DNA of 64,000 bases from Amoebidium appalachense (taxonomy: Eukaryota > Protista > Ichthyosporea). Location of the stretch: the NCBI GenBank assembly GCA_963693365.1, contig CAVNZM010000001.1, forward strand, positions 18,338,783 to 18,402,782, written 5' to 3'. Every line of letters starts with the position of its first letter. Within the stretch, counting starts at the first letter, position 1. Below, in pieces: positions 25,242-39,813 of the stretch. Position numbers and translations under genes: made by a program. The notes under the pieces were generated by a model that saw only the letters and a program-made list of their open reading frames with translations, ran no database searches and was not told the DNA's origin.

Positions 25242-26777
25242 TCAGTATTTGGCCCGTTTGTATGTGCCCTTGCCGTAGCTGGTACCCTTTGCAAACTTTC
25301 TCTTTGTCTGCCACCCAACCTTTACCCCGCCCGAATAACCGTCCGACGGTACACTGACCTTCTTGCCCAATCGGGAAGCAAGGCTGCCAGAACCCGTGCG
25401 CGAGCTGGCCAGGCTATCACCCGAATCGGTTACGGGCAGCCCGACCCGACCCACCAACCCGGTTAGACCCGACATGACCTGGTCGTCCGTGTCTTCGGGG
25501 GCATATCCGTCTCCGTCCCCCTCGTCATCCGTCTCCCACTCCGTCGCATCAGACTCCGAGTCTGCCTGGCCGTACCGTTCTATTTTACGCAAAAGCAGAC
25601 CCTTGCTGCCGTCTTTGGGCCTGCCGGCGCCCAAATCACGCAACTCGTTGCCCAGAAAACTGGGCACGACCATAGGGTTAGGGTGGCGTTGGCGCACGTA
25701 CTGCCGAAGTACCTCCTGCACACTAATGTTGTCCAGTGGGTGGTGGCTGGGCCGGTATGTGCGGCCAAACCACCGGGCAAGGTGGCTACGGCACTGTTGG
25801 CGCTCGACTGGGTTGCTTGACGTTGCGTTCTGCTGCCACTGCGAATAGACCTCTGCCTGGCGGGTCTTTCGCCTCACCTCCCTCTTGACGGCATCAAGTA
25901 ACAAGGGCAGTTGCCCCACAAGCAACTCCTTGTCCTCTTGGCTCAAACCCTCCCCCCTGGCCCCCGTGTCCAGCCCGTTATCCAGGCGAAGACGCACCTG
26001 TGGCTCGTGGTTATACTCCACACGTGAAGGGCTGGAACGTGAGCCCTCCCATGCATCGTGCCACATGGCCCGTCGTGCATCCAATTGCCCCACCACATAG
26101 CCCCCCCTCAGTGGATCATCTGAAATGGGCGTTGGGGTGTGTTCGCTCCTGGACTTTGTGTCTGTCTCCGCCCCACGTGCTCGCCACTCCCTCACTAACC
26201 GGGGGGTTGTCTCGGGTTTGGGCTGGCCGCCTCGATAAACCCCTCTCAATGGGTCATAGACCTCGCCCCCCTCCGCACTAACACCCCTCCCTACCGACTC
26301 GCGACTGGACAGGCGTGAATAGCGCGAGGGCTCCCTCCCAAGAGGGTCACGTGACGGGCTATGCGAGAACCCTCTCCAGCCGGGGCTGCCGGACCGGCTT
26401 CTAGTGTCGCCTAACCTGGAAAGGTCATGTGGCGCCAACACCGACTCTGCTTGGGGCTGCCTTTGTGGCAGCTGCATGCCGCTTGGGGTGGGGGCAAGGG
26501 CAAAAGCAAACGTGTCCGTGCCCTCAATATTGATTGTCTTGACCGGTGCCTTGAGCTGTATAAGCGCCTGTTCCATCTCGTTGCTGGAGCTGGCTGTGGC
26601 GAAATGTTTTGTTAGTGATGTGTCGCTGAGGTAGAGGGACAGCAGGCTGCTTGGTGTGTGCCAGTCACGGTTGCCGGCCTCTCCCGGCTGCATCGGGCGG
26701 AAGTTGGTGCCCAGCCATCGTGAGAGGTGCAGAACAAGCAGCGTGGACTGGATGTTCTGGCCCCCACCAGCACTCAT
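25242..26777 (-). CDS. Intronless hypothetical protein (~511 aa) with two putative winged-helix (RFX-like) repeats
   Basis: Long repeat-free ORF from aaaATG at 26777. Internal duplicated motif HLSRWLGTNFRP / HLARWFGRTYRP; RS-rich linker, acidic patch, basic C-terminus. Confidence 0.7.
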   Translation of the reverse strand: MSAGGGQNIQSTLLVLHLSRWLGTNFRPMQPGEAGNRDWHTPSSLLSLYLSDTSLTKHFATASSSNEMEQALIQLKAPVKTINIEGTDTFAFALAPTPSGMQLPQRQPQAESVLAPHDLSRLGDTRSRSGSPGWRGFSHSPSRDPLGREPSRYSRLSSRESVGRGVSAEGGEVYDPLRGVYRGGQPKPETTPRLVREWRARGAETDTKSRSEHTPTPISDDPLRGGYVVGQLDARRAMWHDAWEGSRSSPSRVEYNHEPQVRLRLDNGLDTGARGEGLSQEDKELLVGQLPLLLDAVKREVRRKTRQAEVYSQWQQNATSSNPVERQQCRSHLARWFGRTYRPSHHPLDNISVQEVLRQYVRQRHPNPMVVPSFLGNELRDLGAGRPKDGSKGLLLRKIERYGQADSESDATEWETDDEGDGDGYAPEDTDDQVMSGLTGLVGRVGLPVTDSGDSLASSRTGSGSLASRLGKKVSVPSDGYSGGVKVGWQTKRKFAKGTSYGKGTYKRAKY

Positions 26778-27289
26778 TTTCAAGAACACCGCACTGGGCT
26801 GACCTGTGAGGGGACACGAATTAGGCCCAGGCATGAAGGGGGGGGAGGGGGGGGGGAGGGGGGGGGGGAAGGGGGAGGGGGGGAGGGAGGGAGGGGGGGA
26901 AATTGAGTTCGGCAAGTACAAGAGAGCTGAAAGTGAAAAACAAAAACACAGCAATAGAACGTGCATAATCAAGGATGTTGACATCACTTGGCGTAGTCCT
27001 AACAAAGCCACCCCGATGGGGCACGGCCCAAAGACTACAGCTGAAAACAGGAGGGGAGGCGGGAGGAGAGGGGGGGGGGGGGGAGGTTAGGAGGGGAGGG
27101 GGGGGGGGGGGGGGGGGAACACTAGCACATCATTAGAAAGGGGGAGTTGGAAGAATGATTGTACGTGAGTGCAAAATAACGCTGGGTAGAGGCTGAGTAA
27201 AGAAAATGAGACAACACGGGAGAGAGTTCCCAAGCAACGGGCGGAAGGAGGGAGAGTGGAGGGGAGACGGTGGCAAAGGCGGGAAGGGG

Positions 27290-27353
<64 letters not shown>

Positions 27354-28799
27354 AGATGGAGCAAGGGAGGAAGCCAGAAGCAGGAAAACCGGCCAGAGGT
27401 TGAATAGAGGGCCCTACAGCGAACTAATCATCTCGAGGGTTTTAAAGTGCTACAACGCTTCACAGTAGAGGCAGAGCTGTTTAGGTAAAGCTAGCTATTC
27501 CTCCAGCAAATGGGCGGTTCATGAGAATACTTGTTTCTCACATAAAGAAAGTCCGTTTAAAAGAAACATGGCTATAGCATAACCCGAACGCAAGCTTCTG
27601 TAGTTTCATACGGAGATATGTGAGTGAGGGAAACTCGGCTATAGTTCAGGCGCTATAAGAACTAGAACCTAGTAGAGTGTCCTGCAAGCATGTGGCACAA
27701 GCATATTGGGCATAAGCATGGGTTTATTAAAAACCCTACCAATAAATTTTCAGGGTTTGCTCGAAGGTTTTTCTCCGATTCAGCCGAAATCCTTGAGTCG
27801 CCCTTATTTCACGTTCGTGAGCATAAGCCGTGAAGTCAACTCCCTCCCCTCGAAAACCAAAGCTTCGAAAAAAGTGTAGCTGTGAGTGTGTAGCTGTGTC
27901 ATTATCGACTCAAAACCATCAGGCAAACAGACAATATATATCTGTGGGATGAATAAACGGAATTCAATGCCATGTACACGTTTACTATTTGAAGATGCAA
28001 GAAAACATGGCACCTCACGAGGCGGAAAACAGAAAAAAAAAACACAGTCAGAATAGACAGCCCCGAACACAACATAGCATGTGGTTGTTGCCGGGGAAAA
28101 AGGAATCATTGGAATGCAAAAGAATTAGTACAGGAAGAGCTATGATTGGTTGAAACTGAACCACCCTCGATCCGCATTTTGATTGGATGAGCAATGTACA
28201 TGTTGGAATGAGTCCTGCAAAAATATCCTATGTATATCTAATATTTTGCTTCATGCATGACACAGTGTGATGTAAATAGTATATATACATCTGATAAATG
28301 GATACCCTTCCGCTTGTGTTTTTCTGATCTTGGTTCAGTGCACGTGTCGTAAATCAGACGATTTTAGAGGTGAAATGAATAAATATGTCCCGACCTGGCA
28401 TTATTCAGCTTTTCGATCTACTATCTCATTTTTGGTGTAGGATATTTTGGATAGGTATACTTTCTGACTCCTGCCAGCTGCTACAAAACTGTAAACGTCA
28501 CGGTCAAAAAACCAAAAACAGTCGGGGTTACAGTCCGGGCCGTGACCAAAACTCAACTGAGACGCCTATTGTGTTGGGGTGACAGGCTGGACACATTCAT
28601 AAGTTATCTCCCGTTTTTCCTTTGTCTTCGATAAATACTTAAGAGCATAGTAGTTGGCGCATGCAACTTTGGTCAACCCTTTTTTCAAGGCCTGGTAACC
28701 AACATCAGGTTGCGAACGTGTTCAAGATCTCTAGATTGGTCGGAAAGCTCGTCTCCAATTTGACGGGTGGTCTTCTTCTATGGCTTGAAAAGGACGCTG

Positions 28800-29113
28800 A
28801 TGGCGGAACTGTCATCAATGTGGCTCTCCAAGTGTTTGAACTATTTGTGGGGCACAGGTATGCCACGTTTTTTTTCAACCACGTGAGCTCGAATGCTACA
28901 AGGCCGCATGCACATAGGGAGTGCAGGTGGATCTGCGCGTGTGTTCATGTGTGTGCGGACTTCTCTGTGTGGTTGGCGTTCCGTAAAAAAAATTTTTTTT
29001 ATCGGTGTGGTGTTAAAAGAGAGATGGGGTGGGAGGGAAGAGGTTTTTTTGTTGTTGTTGTTGGGGGGGGGGGGGGGGGGGAGGGGGGGGGGGGAGGGGA
29101 GGTGGGGGGGAGG

Positions 29114-29149
<36 letters not shown>

Positions 29150-29891
29150 CTCTGCACTTTCCTACCTCAAAAAGTGGACTCGGACGGCATGGCACACACA
29201 CGAGTAGACGTGCGCTTTTTCTCGTCCTCACTCGGCCCCCCTCTGTTTTTCTCTTCTTTTCTTTCCCCCCCTCCCCCCCCCCCCCCCCCCCCCCCCTTCC
29301 CCCCCCCCTTTTTTCCCCAGGGGCTCAAAGCACAGTGCTATGGCTCCTTTTTGTACTCCGACTGTTCACTTGTACATATTGTGGATATATTCGTTGCCTG
29401 CATATTTTTATATGAGTTTGCTCAGTAACTGTGTCATTGATGGATCTGGTTTTCAACACCTGAAAGTTTGTTTCCGGTTTATTTGTTTCTTTCGACTTCT
29501 GTGTGTGCTACGTCAAGCACTTATTTCAACAACATCCTCCTCCTCCTGTCAATATGGACCTACCCCCCCCCCCCCCCCTCCCCCTCTCCCCCCAAAAAGA
29601 ACCCCACGTAAAGGCAAAAGGAACCCCCTTGAAGATGTGCTCTGTTCAAGTGTTTTCTGCCTACACGTTTTTTTTTTTTTTTTTTTTTGTTTGATGTCGG
29701 GTGTGTTTTATTTTTGTGACGTTGGTGCTTGGTCTCTTGGTGCCTCCTCCATTTCTCCTCCATTTTTCCAACCCTTGAGTGCGTCTCCCCCCCCCCCCCC
29801 CCCCTCTTGGGATGAAAGGTCGCAGTTTTGATCCCTTCTGTAGTCGACCTTTAGGTCTGAATTTTGTCCTGAGTTGTCTTGCGCATTCAAC

Positions 29892-29924
<33 letters not shown>

Positions 29925-29985
29925 CACACACACACGCGATTTTTTTCCGTGTTCTTTTATTCGATTCCTTTTTTTTTTTTTTTTG

Positions 29986-30030
<45 letters not shown>

Positions 30031-30483
30031 TCTTTAATCCCTCCCCCTTTCCCGCTGCTCAGCTTTTATTGCATTCTCCCCCCCCCCCCCCCCCCCTCCC
30101 CGCCCACCCACCCCACCCCCTGGATAATGGCCTCTGCTTTTGTTGAACACACACTGCACATTCGCTCTTGCACGTCATTTGGCTCTGCACATTTTTGGGT
30201 ACCTTAGCGTGTGTACTGCTTTTGACCCCCCTCTCCTCCCCCCCCCCCCCCTTCCCCCCGCCTCCCCAGAATTCCCGCTCTGGCCCCTCATCTACACCCC
30301 ACCCACCCCCCTATCCTTTTATCCGAGGACAGCTCTAAGCTTTTTCTCGTGTCAGATGAATCACCCACTTGGGGACCCACACTTGAGTCCAGGCACAATA
30401 CGAATGCATGTAGCATACACATTTTCCATCCACATGAATGTATGTCTCTGTTTCCGTGTGGCTTATTCGAGCTCTCCCCTTTA

Positions 30484-30520
<37 letters not shown>

Positions 30521-30657
30521 CTCCCCTCCCCCCCCCCCCCCCCTCCCCCGGTCCCTTCCCTTCCCTTTTTAACCTCTCCTCTCCTTCCTCCTGTATCCAC
30601 CTTGGACCTCGTTTGCAATGGGCATCAAGCTGCCCCCCCCCCCCCCCCCCCCCCCCC

Positions 30658-30713
<56 letters not shown>

Positions 30714-31359
30714 CCTCTCTCCCCCGAGGACTCTACTCCGCCCATCCCCCTTCCCCTTTCCCCTCTCCCATGTTTGTAGGCAACCTTTTGTTCTGTTTTT
30801 CTTGGGTTTTTCTGGGGATAATACGTTACGGTTTACAAGCCCACTTTCCAGAAAATGCTTTCTCGTGCAATTTTTCAGGTGTGGACTGTTCTTTGGGTAA
30901 ATAGCAAATTTCATCACGATCCTGTTACTTGTACTGCTTTACCGTCTCTTAATTGCCTGTACCTCTTGAGTATCATACACCTGCTTCGTTTCCTATATGT
31001 CCCTACTGCCTACCACATACACCTACTCACGTTTCTCACAACCCCACTACCATCTCATTATATAGCTACTACTAACACCACCCTTATCCCTTAGGTGAAA
31101 GCCAACTCTTGGCCCTACCAGATGAGCTTCTAGAATGCATCATCTGCCACCTACCCCCCAAGGATCGTCTGACCGTGACCCTTGTATGTCGCCGTCTGAA
31201 GACTGTTGCACGCAGCCACCGGGCAGGATGCAACCTGACACTCAGAATGAGGAGGGTCATGCCTAAAGGGGGCTGGGATGATCACGCTGTATTGAACCCC
31301 CCCCCCCCCTGTCTCCCCCCAACCCCCCCAATCCACCCACCCACCCACCCAAATCCGTG

Positions 31360-31435
<76 letters not shown>

Positions 31436-31935
31436 TGCACGCGTACACTTGCATGCCATTGCACCTCAGGCTTCGTCCTGCGCCGTATTTCTCACCGTGT
31501 AGTTGTGCTTCGTACCCTCTGTGTTAAACCCTCTCTTCTCCAACCTTCCACATAGGCATACATCGAAACCCCCCCCCCCCCCCCCCCCTTCCCCCTTCCC
31601 CTCCCGCTTCTTGCGGCTTGACTTCTGGCGTTGCATCCTCTTTGATCCATTTGTCCTTGGCTATTGACTTTTTGGAACTGAATGTGTATTTTTTGTTTGC
31701 CTTTCCTTCCGAAGTTGTGCTACTACCATATGTGGATTATTAGTTACCTTTCACCCCCATAAATTCCCCGCCCCTTCCCCTCCCCCCGCCCTCCCCCAAT
31801 ACCCACACACAGCCTTTCACTTACTCTTTCTTGTGCCTGCTTTTGTGAACTCTGTCAATTGGCTGTCCCCCTTCCCCCTCCCCCTCCCCCGCACAACACG
31901 CACACACAAGCATACACACAGGCACACATGCATAT

Positions 31936-31980
<45 letters not shown>

Positions 31981-32273
31981 GGGTGGGTGGGTGGGTGGGT
32001 GGGAGACAGAGAGAGAGACACATAGCAGCAGCAATTTAACTATCCTCTAGACACACTTACCTAGGGGGTTTTTAAGGGAATGGGGGGATGGTGGGGGGAA
32101 GGAGAGGATTGAGATGTAGTTCACTTTACTTTATGGCTCAATAAACCACAACGGGAAACACATGCAAGATATGCAGAAATAAAGTAACAGAGTGTTCAAC
32201 CAGAGACCTTTTTTTTGGGGGGGGGGGGGGGGGGGGGGGGGAGGGGGGGGGGGGTTGTTGATCATTTGCTTGT

Positions 32274-32304
<31 letters not shown>

Positions 32305-32405
32305 TTCCCCTCCCTCCTCCTCCCCTCTCCCCTGCCGAGGGGGAAGATGTCTGAGAACGGCTGTGCTGATAGTAGTTGCAGGTGTCAATGGGGGGAAGTC
32401 TTTTT

Positions 32406-32444
<39 letters not shown>

Positions 32445-34279
32445 ATTAGAACAAGGTAGAGGCTGGTTTACAGATATTGATGGTTCTCAGTATGACGAAC
32501 GCTTCAGTGGATATTGTACACGTGCATGCATGACAGAACACGTTGTATGTTGCAGTCAAAACACTGCAGTTGCTGACAATTTATTCCTTTTTGCAGGTTG
32601 CAGCTGTGTTTCTGGATGGGCTGGCCATGTGGGCAGGCTGCATAACAACCGTTGTGGTTGACTTTGCCGACGGAGACATACCCCAGGACGTGAACAAGGT
32701 GCAGGTTGCCAAGTGGGCCCAAAGCGTTGTATCGGCACTGCGAAACGTGCGCACAGTGGTGTCGGCAAAAGCGACCAATCGGCCAACGGCGGACCACGTG
32801 GTGATGGTGTTCATGATGATGCTAGACTCGGTCAGGACCCAACCCATGCGCACAGTGAAAATGGCAAAGGCAGCATTGGCAATCAAAGGGTCGGGTGTAC
32901 GTATGATTATGCAGCGGTGTGCAGACATGCAACGACTTTCATTGCGCCAGTGTGAAATCCCCACCGGTCTACCTTTCACCCTCGAGCACTTAACGTCGCT
33001 AAGTGTCGGACTTATCAATCGCCCCGCCGGCCTGAACAAAGTTTTGGCTGCGCTGCCAAACTTGAAACGTCTGCGGATGGACTTGGCGCAAATTCCCGAT
33101 CGTCACGATAGGCGGGTAGTACTAGGCTACAGTGTGTCACTGCCCCGTCTTGAATATCTGCGAATCACCGGGGCGAATATGTTGGACCCGACGTTTCTTA
33201 GCACGTGCACGGGCCTTACATACCTCTACATTTCCACCAATTCTCTCGCGTCACCCATCCCTACGCTTCCGTGCACGCAACTGAAAACCTTCGAGTTATG
33301 GTTGGGGGGTGCCGATATTATCATGGACAGTTTGGAGTTTCTCTATCAGTGCGCGAACCTGAAGAAATTATCTCTGGGAGGTGGCATTAGTTTTGCTTCG
33401 CGCCAACTTTCCAACATCCCATCCATCAAAACCCTCTGTATCGCGTTCACAAACATTCTCGTTTTCTCGCTCGACGACATTCCAAACGTGAAACGTCTCA
33501 GCCTTGTCTACTGCCCAAGCCTAGTGCGTGTAGTGGCGCATGACCCTCACCCAATGAGATTGCTCGAAATCGGAGACTGCCCGTGCATCCGCGAGATATC
33601 CGCGCTTCCTTTCTGCCGTCGGTTGCGCCAAGTGTGGCTCACGAAAAATCCACTTCTTGCAACCATCGACAACCTTTCATGTTGCAAGCGCCTAGACACG
33701 CTACTTCTGATCGACCTACCCGCCCTTAAGAGCGTATCGGCCTTGGCCCACCACCCGAGCCTTCGCCTGCTGGTGATTAAGGATGTGCCCCAGCCCGATT
33801 TGATGCCCTTAGCCACATGCCCTAATTTGAAATTTATGTCGCCAAAATCAGAGGCGGAAAAATCGCCGGTGTGGAAGGCACTGTATTGTACGCTCGAACT
33901 GGTACGTTGGGTTGCCCATTTAAGGAAACGATACAAACCCTTTTTCGCAAAGGGGGCTACGGGAGCATGTGGGCTTGTTCTCCCTTCTCTCTCCCCATCC
34001 CTCCGGTGCTTGTGTGTGTGTGGTGGGTGGGTGGGTGGGTTGGTGGGTGTGGTGTGTGTGTGTGGGGGGGGGGGGGGGGGGGGGGGGGGGGGAGGGGGGG
34101 AGAGGGGGGGGGGAGGGGGGGGGGGGGGGGGGGGGGGACATTTGTGGTTGCATGGGTATCAGGTTTGATACGGGCACAGGTGTGGGTGGGTGGGTGGGTG
34201 GGTGAGCAATGCCAGGAAGTCACGGTGTTATAGTGCTTCTTCCCCGGGGGCTGGGGGCTGGGGCTGGCGAGCTGGGGGA

Positions 34280-34343
<64 letters not shown>

Positions 34344-34497
34344 AGAGGGAGAAGACGTTGTGAATAGGGATTTGTTGTCTGTTGGGGAGATAGAATTGGG
34401 GGCCAGCTAGTTTTTGGAGGGGTGGTGTTTGTAGGTGTTTTTTTGTAGGCAAAGGAGTGGGGATCGGGGGCCCGGGGGGGGATGGGGAGGGGGAGGG

Positions 34498-34540
<43 letters not shown>

Positions 34541-34821
34541 TATGGTTCGGGTTGTTATTGGGATTGTAGAGGCTTTCAAAAAATGCGCAAAGGGATGGAA
34601 TATGGTGGTGGTGGGTGTGTGTTTCTGTGTGTGTGTGGGGGGGGGGGGGGGTTGCTCGTAGCAAGGACGAAAGCAAATTAGAACGGTGGTGTTGATGCTA
34701 CAGCATGTCGATTGAGTGATGTCGACACGTGATGTTGTGTGTGCTCTGCGGGCCAGAGTATTGGAGTGTGTGTGCGTGTACGTGTGTGTATGTGTGGACT
34801 GCGGAGAGAGAAGGGAGGGAA

Positions 34822-34852
<31 letters not shown>

Positions 34853-35036
34853 CTTCAATACAGTCCAAAGGTTGTGTTGGTTACATCGATAAACTGTGCT
34901 GACTCTGATTTGATGGGTGCAGAGGTACGCATGGAGGGATGTTACGTCGATGGTCCGGGATGTGTGGCTGCTGCCCTTTGCAATGCGGGCAGTACTTGGG
35001 GTCGATGACTTCAGCCCATGCCGCCTGGCACGGTGA
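28800..35036 (+). CDS. F-box/leucine-rich repeat protein
   Basis: Exons 28800-28857, 31095-31255 (F-box LLALPDELLECIICHLPPKDRLTVTLVCRRL), 32597-33901 (many LxxLxL repeats, e.g. LPNLKRLRM, CANLKKLSL), 34923-35036. Phases are consistent; first and last exons are less certain. Confidence 0.85.
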
Positions 35037-35907
35037 GGGGGTGTATGATTGGGTGGGTGTGTGAATGACGTGGAATCATGCATCTATGTGTGCGTGTGGT
35101 CTTTGAAGCATTGCCATATGTACGTTTGTGTATGGTGGTGATGATATTGTGGTTTTATTCAGCAGGACGGGTGGACTTGGGCTTTGTTTTTTTGAAGATT
35201 GACAGTGTTTTAAAGCTTGAATGTGTTTGTGTTGCCATGAGCTTTAGCGAGATGCAAGTATTGTATGGAATGCCGTTATCCTGAAATTGCTGAGTACTGA
35301 CTTTGGCCATGGTACCGGTGATGTGGGTTATACTTCATACCATGTTTGTGTTGATTGATTTTAATATTGTTGCTGACTGAATTTATTCTAGCTTTCTCTT
35401 TTTCTTTTTTTTTCAAAGGCTATCTGTTGCGACAATGTGAATTATGGCCATGCATATGATCATTGGTGATGTATGTTGCACTTGAGAAACTGCTGTACAG
35501 TTCTGTACTATAGAATTTTATCGTAAATATGTATGATACATGCCATGTGTCACTGACTTTGGCGTATGTATGTTCATTTTTGGTATTTTGTGTTTGCCCA
35601 GAAAACAATGGTACAACAAAAGGTGTGGGGTGTTTTATAAAAAGCGAAAGTTATATGGTCATGGCATTCTTTTGTGCATGTTTGTTTTTTAAATGCTGTG
35701 GGAAAATGCGGGTCAATGTTTGCGCACAAGACAATACATATCGAAGACTCGATCAATTTATGTATGTGTCCTGGTTTTCTCGTTCACGTAATACTTTTTG
35801 TCTTGTTACAGTAAACAACGTGTGTGAATCTGATTCAATATTTAAATCGATCAAAGTCAACTTGATTCACTCTTGAAGCTGTGTTTCTGCAACCGTAAAG
35901 TTCCCCT

Positions 35908-35998
<91 letters not shown>

Positions 35999-36067
35999 GC
36001 GCGCACACGCACACGCACACACACACACACACACACTGTGTCACACACACACACACACACACTACAT

Positions 36068-36121
<54 letters not shown>

Positions 36122-36208
36122 ACACACATGCGCGGGTCACGAATACCTAATACAACTGCAGCTGGGCGCCGGCAGGGGCCTTTGTTGTTGTTCGGGGGGG
36201 GGGGGGAA

Positions 36209-36244
<36 letters not shown>

Positions 36245-36332
36245 GGGCCGGGGATGGGGGGAGGGGGGGGAGGGGATACCTTTGCACGTATGTGACCTGC
36301 CGTCAAGCCTTGGACCGGTGCACCAGAAGTGG

Positions 36333-36378
<46 letters not shown>

Positions 36379-36532
36379 ATGGGGGGAGTCCTAGGGCCTG
36401 GGCCTAGCCCCCCGCCATCTCTGGGGTTTCTTTTTTGGATGAATATACCACGCCTCTGCACGTGCCTCTTCAAGGCTTACCCCCCCCCTCCCCCCCCCTC
36501 CGCCCCAGAGGCTCCGGCCTGGGGCACACACG

Positions 36533-36564
<32 letters not shown>

Positions 36565-37525
36565 TGATGACTGATTTGAAAAAGTTTGCAACACCACTTC
36601 CTAAATTGTTTATGGGTGAGCAGTCACCTTGAGTAACGTGGCATCCGAAGTTAGAACGTGTGCATGCACCCCGAGTAACACGTGTACACTTCATTTCAAT
36701 TGCAAGGCCCGTACGACACGTTTATTTTCCGTTGAATCTTGAAAAAGGCCACGGCGACGTGACGGAGGTCCAAATCCCAGGACACCCAATCAGACTCACA
36801 AATAAGTCGAATAGCCACGCATGATACGCATAACAATTGGTTTACAAGTATTAAAGGATTTGCTATTGGCCTATTGTCATCAACAAAAATGTCATGTGAG
36901 CCTTGGTACCCCTGTAACAGCCGAATGATTGGTGATATTTCACCTAATCATTAGCAACTATTTTCCATCTCCATTTATGACGGAATACGATTCGCTTATA
37001 GTCATGCATCAAATTTGTTGGATCTAAGGCCGATCAGTTTCAAGCTCAGTGTGCACACCTCAGAGTCAGAGTGACGTTGACGTGGCCGGACCAACACAAA
37101 CGCAGTACTAGTGCACGCAGTTGAAACCACCATCTATAAAAGTGGTGCTTTAAAACAGTGGCATGCAAGCATAATAATATATTAGCGTGGCATAAGTTGA
37201 GTTTTTGCATTCAATGTGCTGTGCAGGTTTTTCGCTTCTGATTGGCTGATCAGCAATTATTCGTGCTTACATGTGACTTTCTTTTGCATCGGTGGGTTAC
37301 GTATACGAGGGGAACAGAGGCACATCGGGCATGCTTGCAACCAGTTCCAATTAACCAGTTGTCGTGTTCCTGTTTGGTGAACACCTGCGTTTATTATTCC
37401 TGAAAGAAACCTCGAAACCCATACTTTGGCCCTGTGAAAGGGCAATAAGAAACAACAAGGATTTAAAGGGCATGCATATGCACACAGCCTATATACCCCC
37501 ATATCCTCAGGGAAGAATTTCGGAG

Positions 37526-38627
37526 ATGCCGCCAAACACTAACGGAAGCAGCAAACAGGCTGTTCAAGTAAGTGCCATCACTGCAGGTGTTGGAAATCTA
37601 AGAAATTCGTCACTCGTAAAACCCCACAACCTCAATTGCCCACTCATCGTTCGTGATGCCACAGCCAAAAGCCCCATCTATGTCGAACCCAACTCCCGTG
37701 CTCCGATTCCTGTCTCGAATGAGAATTGTGAGGCTCTCGCATTGTTGAAGATTCGATCGGATCCCATGGACCCACACTTTGCGCCGTACTTCCGAGGGAA
37801 AAAGCGCATGTTTGAACTGCAGGTAAGAATGTGCTGATGAGTTCATGTGGGTGGAAGTGTTAGTGCTGTGCACGTTGTGCGCACGTGCGCATCTTTTTTT
37901 AGATGCAAAGGCTCTGATGTGAGAGTCGCAATCGGTTTTCCCATGGAGTAAATGAGAAGCTTGTAAAACAAAGTTCACGATCAATATCGGTAATTTTTTT
38001 TTTTTTTTTTTGCCGTGGCTCTCTTGGGAATAAACCACATTCTAGCCCATGAAGCTGACTTATGCATTTCTTTCATCACAGGTTCAAGCGCGCATGCTGA
38101 CCATTACCGATGACGAGGATGTATACATCGGCATCGAGGGAACAGGGCCACTAGAACTTTCCCCCATTTCACGTGGGCTGTCCAAGTTGGTGATCAAGGT
38201 CATCAACTCTACTACCCCACAGGCACACGCCACCCTTGGAGATGCAGACACGTTTGAGCCCGCACACATGACCATGCCTTTGGCGCAATCGGTAGATAGA
38301 CTGCATATAACCCCCCAAGGAAAAGAACCCCCGCCGTTGGGGGTTGAAATGTTGCCGGAAGGCCTCGAAAAACACGATCGGAACCATGTAAAGACGTACC
38401 ACCGCGACAATATATACACACTGAGCATGCATGGGATGTATTTGGACTGGGCTACGTGGACGGTGGTGAATGTGCCCGGCCTACCTGCGGTCAGTTTGAA
38501 GCGGTTCATGGGAGATATACCTGTAAGGTTTGTGGGATATGCGGTTCCGAAAAACTACTGCGGGCCACACAACGACAAGGTGAAAAAGTATTTGTTCAAC
38601 CTTGAAATGACCCCGTACGAGGCATGA
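37526..38627 (+). CDS. DUF1769-family protein
   Basis: Exons 37526-37822 (CAG|gtaaga) and 38082-38627 (ctgac...cacag|). Motifs PYFRGKKRMFELQVQAR, PAHMTMPL, YLDWATW, PVRFVGY recalled as typical of DUF1769. Start codon uncertain. Confidence 0.7.
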
Positions 38628-39315
38628 AGGAATGTTTTACATATATGACAAAGTGACATTGTGCAATGGGTTCAATTTCTTTGCACACATGTCACAGTAA
38701 CAGTTGATGATGATAATTGGTTGTGTGCAACCGCGATGATAATAATACTAACAGTGTTAGAAATGTTGAAGAGGCTGGTGTTAACGTTTAAACCACGTAG
38801 AGCTGCTGGGCAGTTCTAATCCTTAATAGTTTTGTTTTAGTTTTGTTTTAGTGTTTGCATGAAGGGTGTTTTGCTTATCATAAGTATACAGTGCCCTATA
38901 CATAGGTTTTGCAGGTGCATGCCGCAAGCAGATTTGCATCATGTTGTGTGTTTTCAATAAGGCTTGGCCTAGTTACAGGTTTCTGTGCTGGTAGCCAGGC
39001 ATGCTAACGGAAATCTGCAATTCAAATTCAATAAGATTAATGCTAATTATATGCGAATGGAAGGGCCTGAGCACATTCCAAATCTGGTTCTGTTTGGAAA
39101 GATGAATGCCTTTGTGGTGATGATGTTTGAAATGGCCGTCACAATGAGATGTGTACACGTACATAGGCAGAGTGGGTGGAGTGGAGGGAATTAGATTGTT
39201 ATAAAACACTATTCTGGGAACATGGGCAAATATGCTGTGAACACGAAATCAAGTCGCGGAACACCGGGCCCCTAGTTATTAGTCTCCTCCTCCCCCCCCC
39301 CCCTCCCACCCCCCC

Positions 39316-39346
<31 letters not shown>

Positions 39347-39578
39347 AAAAAAAAAAAAAAAAAGGAAAAAAAAAGGTAGGCCACAACCTGCACTATCCAC
39401 TCACCCCGCCTTTTGAAGAACAATTATGCTGCAAGGATGACTTACAAAAAATAAACTGCAACCAAAAGTCTGAGCCTTGAACCTGTGCTTTTTTGTATGT
39501 ATTTTCTTTAACATCCTATTTTGGGCTATATTTCGTGCCTTTTGACCCGTTTTGGTTTTTTATTTTTTGGGTGTGTGT

Positions 39579-39615
<37 letters not shown>

Positions 39616-39755
39616 CTTATAGGGGAAGTTTTCCCTTGATGCTAATTGTGGTGTGGTATTTTTTGGTTGTTTTTTGCTTTGTTTTGTTTTGTTTTTTTTA
39701 TAGTGGCGGTGGTGGTGGGATGGGGTGGGGTGGGGTGGGGTCACGGGTGTGTGTG

Positions 39756-39813
<58 letters not shown>

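Noticed and set aside
32035-32075. TTAA-flanked short imperfect inverted repeat (piggyBac-like footprint)
   Set aside because: Arms too short and mismatched to separate from chance.
36564-36632. Box C-like ATGATGA suggesting a C/D snoRNA
   Set aside because: No properly placed terminal CTGA box D or terminal stem.
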